Source: Bugula neritina (taxonomy: Eukaryota > Animalia > Bryozoa). Taken from it: a DNA stretch of 64,000 nt. Shown here piece by piece: positions 53,001 to 64,000 of this stretch. Each line of letters starts with the position of its first letter. Positions within the stretch are counted from its first letter, which is position 1. The stretch spans positions 5,274,233-5,338,232 of the forward strand of contig OZ037772.1 in NCBI GenBank assembly GCA_964035545.1, written 5' to 3'. Both the position numbers and the translations under genes were made by a program. Below the pieces are notes generated by a model. It was not told the DNA's origin and did no database searches. It saw only the letters and a program-made list of their open reading frames with translations.

Positions 53001-55246
53001 AATCAAGCTATCCTTTTGCAAAGCGTTTCCTGGTTCGCTCAGCTACGTTTTTCCGTACTAACATGTTTCTTTCATCTGTTTAGGTGCTGACCACTAGCCC
53101 GCCCTGTTACTGATAAGTCGATATTATGTAACCAAGGTTAGTTTTTTCTCAATTCTTCTATATTTGTGTTTCCTGTAACACAGATTCCAATCATTATTGA
53201 GCATGTACAGTATATTTATTATTGTTGGTACTTGAAAATATATTTGCGTAAATAATTTATCTGTATATTCAGTTAGTCATTTAAGTACCAGGGAAGCGGA
53301 CTTATTTTTGTTATTCTCTTGTAGCTATTGCTAGCATGTGATCTTGGAATTGGTAGATGTATGTGATGTATCCAGTATGCTCTATATGACATTTTTAAGG
53401 TATAAAGGTTTGGAGTTTACCTTTATAACTGAACTGCATTATTTGAATTTGAAGTTGTCTCCACCACATCCCGTGTCTTTATATCACTAGTTTGTGTATA
53501 TACTATATTCTAATATAGCATATATAACTTTCTACCCTGTATTAAAACATACAATTTGCTATCCAGTAATATGTATCTGTTGATATGCTAAACAATATAG
53601 CTATCTGTTGATATGCTAGATATATCTGGTATATATATATATATAGAAACCCAATTCCATTGCTTGACCATTTTGGAAATCTGTTTTGTTTTAACCATTA
53701 AGGTGACCCTAATACTGCCTTAATGGTTGGAAATGCTGTGTACAATTATATAACTTGCATTTGTTCTGCGTAGTCTACACATTAGAATCATTTAGCCTGT
53801 GTACCAAGAGATTGCCTCTTTGTAGGAGCCGTGGCTCACACTACTGATGAATGCCATGTTCGTCGTCACCTGAATGTTTACTCCGTATCCACTTACCACA
53901 ACTAGCTCGTGACATACAGGAACCATTCGGTGAGTGTTGTAACTGTACTGTAGCCATCTTGAATCTGTTGAAATTATCTTGAAAGTTGCAAGACAATCCC
54001 ATTCTTCCAGTAGTTGAGAGTTTAATACAAAAATATGTTGATACCTTTGATATACAATCATACTTTACTATGTTGATACTTTACTGTGTTGATGCCTTAC
54101 TGTGTTGGTACTTTGCATGGATAAAAAGTTTCTAAATCAACTCCCTAATTGGCTTTTACAAAGCCTTGAAATCTATTCAAATATTTCAATATATCAGTCA
54201 TTGATTTTTATAGGTTAGAAGTTTATTGGAGGTTCGCAATCTCCCCAGGATATGATGTCAGAGTGAGCGTGTTTCCTCAGGCTAGGTTTGGGGAAGTTCT
54301 CAGGCTCTCTACCATATGTATACCCTGGCAGCAGTGTGTACCGGAGAGATTGTATCACTACTTGCTGCCAGTTATGAATCAGCTTTTGTTGATTTAGTGT
54401 TTTTATTATACAAACATATTCACTTTAAACAATACCTATCAGTTTACGTTTGATTGGACAATTTGCTCAGGGTGACTTTAAGCATTTTTTTTCCAAGTGT
54501 TTGTCATTTGCCTGTGTAATTTGATTTAAACTCTCATTGTCATCAACATCATCATTTGTAAACTATTATATGTTGATTTGGTTGAAATAAATAAATATAG
54601 AAGACTCTATTATGGTGAATTAATTTATTACATGTAGTAGCTACGGGCAGCACCAAAAACAGCAAGTTTGTTGATCGGTGAAGTTATTACTATACAGAAA
54701 TTACACCAAGACACTGATGTTACAGCCTCTATAATGTAAATATCAAAATACCAATCATACTAGAGACTAGTTTCCGACACGAAAATGCCAAGTACTTAAT
54801 TTGTTCCAAGTGGAAAAACTATTTTAAACAAAAACCTTGAATATGACTGATTTTAAATTGGCCGTCATCAATTATCTTATAGTCGTATACATTAGAGAGC
54901 AATGCATCTCGTTCACTTGCTGATCTATTTACTAAAAATATAATATTTAAAGCACAAAATTAACAGGAAACACAATACTTGGTAATTTCCTAACATCCAT
55001 AAGAATGCACAAAATACTAAGGAAACCAACTGACTTGTTTACACATGTTTGTATAAATGGAAGAATGTAAATCGTCAGCAAAATGTTTGTGAGAATATTT
55101 AATACTCCAACTTGATTAGAGTCACAAATGCCTGGCAGAAATTATGCAAAACTGAAAATCAATACTGAAGAACATATCTATTCTAATAGTCCACCAAAAC
55201 AATCCGTGATGTGCCCTGAGTAACGGGTGGTCCTCTCCCCCCCACT

Positions 55247-58200
55247 TCACTCATCATCTGAGATAGAGAACTCATGCTCTGGCTCGCTATCGTGACTTTC
55301 GAAGTCGTCTTCCCCATCTTCTGTTTCCTCGTCGTTGAATGTACCTTAAGAATTACAAAACAGCATTAGATGTTGATTTAAAACATAATTATATTGCATC
55401 ACAATCGATACCTGTCTTCTGCAATGGTCGGATTGGTTCAGTGCGCCAGAGCGTATACTGTAAGTTGAATTAAGTAATTGATGAATAAAGTGGTCAATTT
55501 TACGATTGACTCACGAAGGGTTGTTTCCAACTGTGAAATAGTTGAGTGGTATTGTGCAACAAGTTTAAGTCACTGTAAGTGTAAGTAGCTGTGTCAGTAA
55601 CTGTAAGTATAAGTCACTGTAAGTGTAAGTCACCGTGCGTATGTGAGTAACTCTGAGAATGCGACTGTATACTAGAAGTCACTGTGAGCACAAGTTACTG
55701 TAAGTAAAAGTTACTGCAAATTTAGGTCACTGTGAGTTGAAGTGATTGTTTGCCCAAATCACTGGGAGCGTATGTTTTGTAAGCATAACTGACTGTGTAA
55801 CTCACTATAACTGTAAGTCAGTGTCAGTGTAAGTTACTGCAAGTGTATATTGCTGAGTGTGTAACATGCATCTCCAGCACCTACCCAGAGCCTTGGTGAT
55901 GTCAAACACGGAAATCGACTCGTTGGGCTCATCCGCAGGTTCACTGATGATATTCGCCAGGTCGGTGAGGGAGCTAGACTCCGGCATTAGCCTGTTCTCC
56001 ATCAACCTCTTGTCGGTGGGTCTCAGCACGGCCCGGATCTTCTCAGTCTGAATCATGGCCGCGAAATATGGCTTAGCAAAGTTGTAGCCTGCATCCTGAA
56101 TGCAAAGAAGTGACACCGTTTAAATAGGAGATGTTTGGGTCAATCAGAAATAAACAAACTACAAGGAGTTGGGTAAATACTACAATCACGCAATGTGCAA
56201 TTTCATCAGCTAGACTAATTTCAACTAGTTTTACTCGTAGAGACTTGAATACCCATATCCCGAATTCTTGTCATAGCGATACTACAGTGCTCCCTCCATA
56301 TCTCACGGTTCCAGTCCTCATGAAATCCCATAGGTCTCGAAAAGGGCTTGAACCTCGTTTTGTAGTTCACGTATGTGTGCATAAGGTCAAAATGGCCAAA
56401 TTTACAGATTGGTGAGTTACATCTGGTATTCTACTATGTTAGGAATTGAAGTTTTGGGGGACCCGGAGTTTAGTGAGATACGGAGGGAGCACTGTACCTC
56501 ATAAATTCAGTGTTTCGTATATTTCACAGCACACACTACATGATGAGTCACAGCATACACTACATGATGAGTCACAGCATACACTACATGATGAGTGATA
56601 GCATACACTACATGATGAGTCACAGCATACACTACATGATGAGTCACAGCACACACTACATGATGAGTCATAGCACACACTACATGATGAGTCACAGCAT
56701 ACACTACATGATGAGTCACAGCATACACTACATGATGAGTGATAGCATACACTACATGATGAGTCACAGCATACACTACATGATGAGTCACAGCACACAC
56801 TACATGATGAGTCATAGCACACACTACATGATGAGTCACAGCATACACTACATGATGAGTCACAGCATACACTACATGATGAGTCACCGCATACACTACA
56901 CTATGAGTCATAGCACACATTACATGATGAGTTATAGCATACACTACATGATGAGTAATAGCATATACTACATGATGAGTCACAGCATACACTACACTAT
57001 GAGTCATAGCATACACTACATGATAAGTCACAGCATATGAATACACGTACAAAGATTTCTTCAAAGGCATTGAACTGCAGTGTCTGGTACTTGTCTATAG
57101 GGGGACGGATGTACTCGCACAGCCCGCTGTTGATGATGTGTTCCATACTCTTGTTGCAGGATATATAGGCTAGGTGAGACTGTATCTCCTCCATTGCAGG
57201 TACTCTCACCTGTAAACATGTCGAGTTGTTACCTTAAATCACCCAATCAAAATATAGATAACATCTCGTATAGAAACTTTTTTCCTTATCATAACTACAT
57301 AGTGTCTATAAAAAAGTAATACAGATTAACCGAGTCATACTAATCACAAAAGGACAGCAATATAGGTCTATGAACTAATAGTAAGAAAACATGAGTGGAG
57401 TTACTCTCCCCTTACCGGCTCAGCCCACGGATTCCATTTCTTCCAGAGGAGCCAAAACCCAGACAAATGGTCGCCGTAGTTTGTGTAGTTTCGATCCTCA
57501 GCAGCTCCGACATCGACAGCAAAGATAATAGAAGCACCGGCAGCTTTCATCACATCAGCTAATCAACAGGAGGAATACATTATACTAGCCAATTAAATCA
57601 CAGATAACATTACATTGGCCGATTGAGTAAATATTTATTTGGCAAACAGAAGGAGACAAATATAAGTTATTTGAACAAAGATGGATACTTCAGAGAGATT
57701 TGCCGGCATGTGCTTGCAAAAGCGATAGACAGAAAAAATCACACACAGCATTTGTACAACAATCACAATTCACTTATCCTGATCACATTAGATGGCACGT
57801 GCTTATATAACAACAAGTATTCATAGCCAGACAACACACAAATCTGGAAAACTGAGAGAAATTAGATAACAACTGATAGCAAGAAGCCATGGCAATATTT
57901 CTAAGTATCAGTATCTATCTAGTATAGCAGGCCTATTTGTGGAGACAGGAGAGAAAGAGTACATAACTACGACAGCTACAAGACACGGGTGGTTAGAGCC
58001 CCCCCGCACATGCATATGAGGGTGATTCCAGGGTCCACGTATATTCTCGCGAAAAATTAAAAAAGAGACCAATCAAAATCTCAGAACAATATTTTGACAT
58101 CATGAGATATAATTATAATAATGGTATTGGAGGAGTGTAACACTGGGGATAGAGGGCAAGGTTTCAGTGGATTTGACGCTGAGTTAGAGTTTTCTCCCCT

Positions 58201-61200
58201 ATCAACACTGTTTAGCAGGGGGTGAAGAAATACATCTTTACGATTAGCAGGATTAAAAAGCAAAGCTAAAACTACGCAAAAGATAACATAAAATAGTATG
58301 ACAGAGACTGTTGGCCTACCCTATTGGTCTGGACTCTTAACCTAAGCTACTGGTCTGAATAGATTGCTTATACTACCGGCCTGGACTACAAGCCTGGACC
58401 ACTGGTCCTGGACTCATAGAATACAGTAAATAAAACTATATTGAACACATGTAGATTTGAGTCGCTTGATGGTTATTAGAGTTGTAATAACTTATAGAGA
58501 ACTGCCTATTTTGTAGGTAAATGAGTCAAGTGTTTTCACATAGAGTTGATACCATCAGGTTACACACATTAAGGCATCTGATGTCACGGGAGCTGGTCAT
58601 CAGCTCATAGGCTTCTGGTACCTTCTCTCTCATTAGGACATGTCACCTTATTTATATCTACTCTACATACAGTTAGTTTATGTCCATTCTATATAGTTAG
58701 TTTCTATTCTATACACAGTTAGCTTCGATTCTATACACAGTTAGTTTCTATTCTATACACAGTTAGTTTCTATTCTATACACAGTTAGTTTCTATTCTAT
58801 ACACAGTTAGCTTCTACTCTATACATAGCTAGTTTCTATTCTATACACAACTAGTTTCTATTCTATACACAGATGGCTTCTATTCTATATATAGTTGGTT
58901 GCAGTCCAAAATAGATGTCATAATTTAGATAGAAAGTAGTGTGATTATTAAATGTTAGACAACTTTGCTCTCATCAAACAGAGCACTAATTTTGGAATGA
59001 TCTTTAACCTAAAGGCTAACCAACACTCCGCCCCAACCCAAACCAACAAAACATTAAGAACCTATGGTTAACATTAGTGACATGCAAACAACTATCAAAT
59101 AAGCTGAGCAGCAACGCATCATGTATACTCTGTTAAGATGAAAGCCAGAAAAATGAATTTAAGTGAGAAATGTTAAAACAGAGCTATGATAATCGCAATT
59201 GGCCAGTGAGAAAGCAAGGAGAGCTATGGTTGGCCAGCATTACCTGGTAGGTTATTGACATATCCTCCATCAAGAAGCAGGTGCCCGTCCTTAGGGTCGC
59301 ACAGGGGAGGCAAGTAGCCCGACAATGACATACTCGATCTCACGTATCTCCACAAATCTCCTACCAAACAATCAACTCGTGACAGGAAAACTAAATGGGG
59401 GATCGTAACTCCCCGAGACGTTCCACCACAGTCTATGGTCAGGTTTACGAGTCGTCAGAAAAAAGAAAATCTTTCTCATTTGACAATTTTTCAGCAATTT
59501 AAATTTGGAACTATTAAATAAAATTAGTTATCAATAGTCGTCAGAAAAAGACTTTTTCAATTGACAGTATTTTCATCAATTTGGAATGAAAAGCATTCAT
59601 TAAAATTATTCCAAGTTTCGTTTTTTCTGCCAAATGAAACTTTAATTATTGAATGAGACTTATTATTATTCGATTTTCCTGGTTCACAACTTTCCAAGAC
59701 AGTTGACCAATGGAACGGGTTTTAATTGACCTTGACCTAGGTGTGCTCGTCTCGACCGAGTCACGCACTGCTCAAACCTGGTAAATTGTCGACAAAGCAG
59801 CCGTCAACTAGTAGATGACCGTCAGCTGGGTCGCACATGGGAGGAAAGAGCATAGGGATACTCATACTAGCTCGTACGTACTGCCATAGCATTCCTTGAG
59901 TGATAACACACAGTATTGTCATATAATCTGTTCACACCTGCCCACACTTTCTTAACCTTTAGAATGCTTGAAATTTATTGAATCTAGTTAACATGAACAC
60001 ATCAGAATGTTTTTTGATGTGTGAGAGAAAAAGTGCACATTAAAAATCATTTCCAATTAAAAAAGGCTTCAAGTTTAATATTCTATTAATTTTAATCTTT
60101 CCATGTTATAAAGTATATTTGGGATTGTGAAAAGTGCTGCGTTGAATGGAATCAACACATTTCAAACTGATTTATGAGTAAAAAGTGCTGTTGGACCGAG
60201 GCTTTCAATATTCTACCATCACGAGGCTGTGATAACATTATACTACTACAGTGTCTACTACTACAGTGTGTACTACTACAGTGTATACTACTACAGTGTA
60301 TACTACTACAGTGTGTACTACTACAGTATATAATACTACAGTGTATACTACTACAGTGTGTACATACTACAGTATATACTACTACAGCGCGCACTACTAC
60401 AGATTAGAAACTCTAAGTCTCCTTGAAAAATAAGTTAACAGTCATCTTGTTATTAAAATAATTATCAAGACATACAAAATTCATTACGTACAGTTTGTGA
60501 ATGGAAATACATAAAGAAGACAACTCCAAACAACGACTAAAATAAGATTTAATGAACGAAGTTAAGGCAGTTATACACAGTGAAGTGTGAGAGATTGGCT
60601 ATAATATAGGAGTTGTCATACCACTGGTGTGAACCCTCATTTTACTGGCAGTGATGTCTGTAGTTATGTTGAAGTACGGGATCCACAAGTCCTCTATCTG
60701 AGTGTCGCTAAACACGCCCTCTATTGTCCTGTTGAATGAGTAACCTGTACAAAACACATGAAGACGTCAATGAAGTTGATGTGGAGTTAAAATTTAGAAA
60801 TAAACTTATTCCTCAGCACCGGAGATATATAATATAAATTTGGGATCATAACTCTTCAATAAAACATTGACAAATTTCATGGCACATACACAAGTTTGAG
60901 TTTAAAAAAGCTTCCCAATAAATTAAATCATGCAATAAATTTACAACTTTTATAGCAGATATGCAGGTTGCATGTAACTTCAATTTTACTTATTTATTAA
61001 TAAACAAATTTATTAGAATAATTCTATTAAATTGTTTTAATCAATGTGAAGCTTTTTGATACTTGATATATTATATTAATATTTAGGAAAACGGCTTTTG
61101 TCCGGGATGATGAGCCATGTGACTTCACAGAGCAATTACCCAAAAATTTCATTAAAATAAGTTGAATTTAATGATTCAACTTATTGTGAAGCTTCTTCAT

Positions 61201-64000
61201 ATTTGATTAATGTTAATATTTTATATAATAAAGGATTGTTTCTGGTACGATGAGTCATATGACTCAGGAACCAGAAGTAGCACACAGAGCATGCTCCACC
61301 TGTCATCATTGACGTGATTGGATACGTAAGGTCAAGGATCTTTGACCAGAGTGATGTCATGGACCGGAACCACTGCTTGGCTCGGTGAATCACTCGGGTG
61401 ATGTTCCTCTCGTCAGACCAGAGGGCGCCGACGAAGGAGCCGATTGAAGTCCCGCCCACCATGTCTATTGGTATGCCCGCCTCCACCATCGCCTTAATAG
61501 TACCGATCTGAGAAGCTCCTCTGAAACAGAAGAAGAGGTTGGCGAGTGAAACTTGCACAGATAACTCTAAGACTGAGGAATGTACATGTGAAAAAAGGGG
61601 CGTGTCTTTAATACACAGGACTACAATAAAGGGGTGTGTCTAATACTGATATGTTATGCAGAAAGCTGTGAAGTTTAAGCATTCTGTTTCCAAGCTTTGT
61701 ATAATGTGAATGAACTTCGTGTAGTATGTTAGATGTTTACAGTATACAATAGAGTTGTTGTTAGTGCATGAATCACACGATGATTGACAGCTGTATGATG
61801 TTATGTTCTGCATATATATATAAGAGATGGATATTTACAAAAAAAGAAATAGTTTTGAGCTCTCAACCAAGTGTAGTCTCTACAGCATAAATATAATACA
61901 TGCAACTAATACAACATATAACTTTTCCTTCAATCTTCATAGAAACAGTAGCATCGAATGAAACCACAACCATAAGTTCATGCCAACTTCAATTACCAGC
62001 ATCCGTTCGCATAATGTGGGTCGGTGGAAACACAGTGAAATGTAACCTGAACACAGGAAAAACTCTTACCTAGCCCCGCCCCCTCCTAGGACTAGACCAA
62101 TGGCAGTGCCTGTTAGAAAGCGGGCCAGCCTGGACATATCTGAGTTGACGTCTGGTTTGCCTTTGATGACATTTTCATAGGCGGAGAGGATCTTCTCCGG
62201 AGACTTCTTTGAGAAGACTCTGTTTGGACATCTAAAGGAGAGCATGTATGGTAAACATTACCATATATGGTAAACATTACCTTACATGGTAAAATTGCTA
62301 ATAAGACACCAGCCATTAGAGTGAATACGCAACCTCCTGACCCTTTTTTTATTGGATTTTAACCGACAAAATGTTTTGTAAATAGCAATAAATATATTAT
62401 ACAATATACAGCATAAGAAGCAAATGCATATGTCTGAAAATTATCAAAGTTCTCTCTTTCAAATATCACGGTTCCAGTTCTCACAAAATTCATGAGAAGG
62501 CCCATGCTTTGTGATTTATGTATGTGTGCATAGAGACAAAATTGCCATGTTCAACCGATCGGTGAGTTAAATATGGTATTCTACTATGTCAGGAATTCAG
62601 GTTCGGGACCCGCAGCTTAGTGAGACACAGAGGGAGCACTGCATTCAACATTACATAATGCTTTCCAAGATGGTGTTTGTTTTCCCATAACTTAGAACTT
62701 CTGTTCTGGTGCACAGGCTAACAGCTAAGTACACATTAGGGCTATCTAATGAAACCAAGGGGTGCTGCAGAGTGACAAAATACATTTAAATGCTAATGGG
62801 TAGAGGCTGCGTGCAACTGTAAGAAGTAATGCCCCACTGGTTAACAGTTTTCACGGCTAAAAAGGCAATTAGTTCTCATGTCCAAAAATTTCTCCATTTT
62901 AGACCATCACACCTCTATGAAAATAAGTGTAGAGCAGCACAATACTGTAGTTAATGAAACTATTATATTTTTATCCACTCTTATTAAATAGTAGTTGAAG
63001 TTGTCACCATCTAACTCAGAATGTAACCGTTTCTTTGGCAACATGAGAGAGCTATTACCTTATATGGTGATGTGAGAGACACCAGTCACGGGCATTCAGC
63101 CAATCAACTGTGTTCTGTGGCTTTGTAGCATCAGATCTATGTAGTAGAATCAGCTCCTTTTGGGAGCGTATGGACATCCCCTCCAACGATTTCTCAAGCT
63201 ATGAAAAAGGCATTTTCAAGAACATGACATTTGTTCTAGTGGGTAAAAGGGTTTGTAACAAAAGTACACTACTAAGAAAAATTCAACAGTATATTTGAAG
63301 AAGAAAAGAAGATACTAGTTAAAGGTTTTAAATCCTAGCAGTTCTAATTCCAATAAATATGGCTGTTTATAGATATGGCAAGAAATATTAGCAGGAAACT
63401 TACGGGACCAGGTTTAGGTTGCTCTTCCGCGAGAGCTACGATCAAAATGACGTCTGATTGTCGAATGCACCTCTGAGTCCAGGGAGTGAACTGATAGTCA
63501 CATTGATAAATGACTGTGCGATGAGTGTCTTCCTGAGCAGCCAACCAGCTGGATAGTCTGTATTCATTGGGTCTACAGTATATAGGTCACATAATAACTA
63601 GTAGCTATTGGTTCTACAGTATATAGGTCACAGGATAACTAGTAGCTATTGGTCTGCAGTATATAGGTCACAGAATAACTAGTAGCTATTGGCCTGCAGT
63701 ATATAGGTCACAGAATGACTAGTAGCTATTGGCCTGCAGTATATAGATCACGTAATAATCTCCAAAGATTCCTGCAGAGCAATAAGCTGGTAGTACCTGG
63801 TTTCACGACACATTATTGTAAACCATATTAGGATATAATAGCATAACAAATAAACTGCCTAGTATTTACTAGCAACAACAATAATAGTACACGATGGGAG
63901 TGTAAAGGTGATTCTAAGACTTGAGAATGCTTTTTATGTGTACTCTGTTCTTCCAACATCACATATAAACTATGAACTACGGCTAGACTAAGATCTTACC
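55247..64000 (-). CDS. PNPLA6: Neuropathy target esterase / patatin-like phospholipase (PNPLA6/7, swiss cheese), 3' part; 5' end lies beyond the window
   Basis: Exons 63572-63404, 63198-63059, 62231-62070, 61520-61300, 60744-60622, 59360-59244, 57558-57416, 57209-57051, 56095-55885, 55344-55247 (TGA); another donor G|GTAAG at 64000. Motifs [39 protein letters not shown], acidic tail. Confidence 0.95.
55560..55850. repeat. Degenerate tandem repeat (AGTCACTGTAAGTGTA-like)
   Basis: Recurring gtcactgtaagt units. Confidence 0.6.
56285..56494. mobile_element. Tc1/pogo (Tigger-like) MITE with TA TSD
   Basis: TA|CAGTGCTCCCTCCATATCTCAC...GTGAGATACGGAGGGAGCACTG|TA; partial second copy at ~62462-62641. 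Confidence 0.85.
56525..57037. repeat. 24-bp minisatellite (CACAGCATACACTACATGATGAGT) x ~21
   Basis: Direct reading; source of the three repetitive ORFs at 56499-57070. Confidence 0.97.
58665..58895. repeat. 22-bp minisatellite (TATACACAGTTAGTTTCTATTC) x ~10
   Basis: Direct reading. Confidence 0.9.
60241..60402. repeat. 15-bp minisatellite (TACTACTACAGTGT[A/G]) x ~11
   Basis: Direct reading; source of the ORFs at 60152-60433. Confidence 0.93.
62462..62641 (+). mobile_element. Partial copy of the Tc1/pogo-type MITE at 56285
   Basis: tcacggttccagt...ggtattctactatg...gagggagcactg shared with 56285-56494. Confidence 0.75.
63565..63750. repeat. 40-bp tandem repeat x ~4.5 overlapping an NTE 3' splice site
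   Basis: ctattgg(t/c)ctgcagtatataggtcacagaataactagtag units at ~63605, 63646, 63686 and 63726; the first, partial unit includes the exon edge at 63572. Confidence 0.9.

Noticed and set aside
53826-53929. Selenoprotein reading through in-frame TGA codons
   Set aside because: No redox motif around the TGAs, no recognisable homology and no SECIS identified.
56499-57070. Cys-rich (CCDSSCSV)n and His-rich repetitive ORFs resembling metallothionein or keratin-associated proteins
   Set aside because: Translations of a 24-bp array that is open in several frames, inside an NTE intron.

Overview
AT-rich, intron-containing animal (invertebrate) genomic DNA; the species cannot be determined from the sequence. 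I assembled four spliced genes by hand from GT-AG junctions with consistent phases. (1) + strand, 18159-33711, 13 exons: secreted WAP + 8 CCP/sushi protein with the LEV-9/Hasp architecture. (2) - strand, 34980-42781, 8 exons: POFUT1 ending in KDEL. (3) + strand, 46130-50002, 5 exons: an uncharacterised ~894-aa protein that the ORF track shows only in pieces. It has an N-terminal SGNH/GDSL-like fold with degenerate catalytic motifs, then low-complexity, coiled-coil and acidic regions. (4) - strand, 55247 to beyond 64000: the 3' half of NTE/PNPLA6-7/swiss cheese. Introns and intergenic DNA hold MITEs of several types, tRNA-derived repeats, RTE and RLE-type LINE relics, and many micro- and minisatellites. 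The best novelty candidate is gene 3, together with the exon-like, stop-filled segments downstream of it at 53-54.6 kb. All homology calls rest on motif recognition, not database searches.
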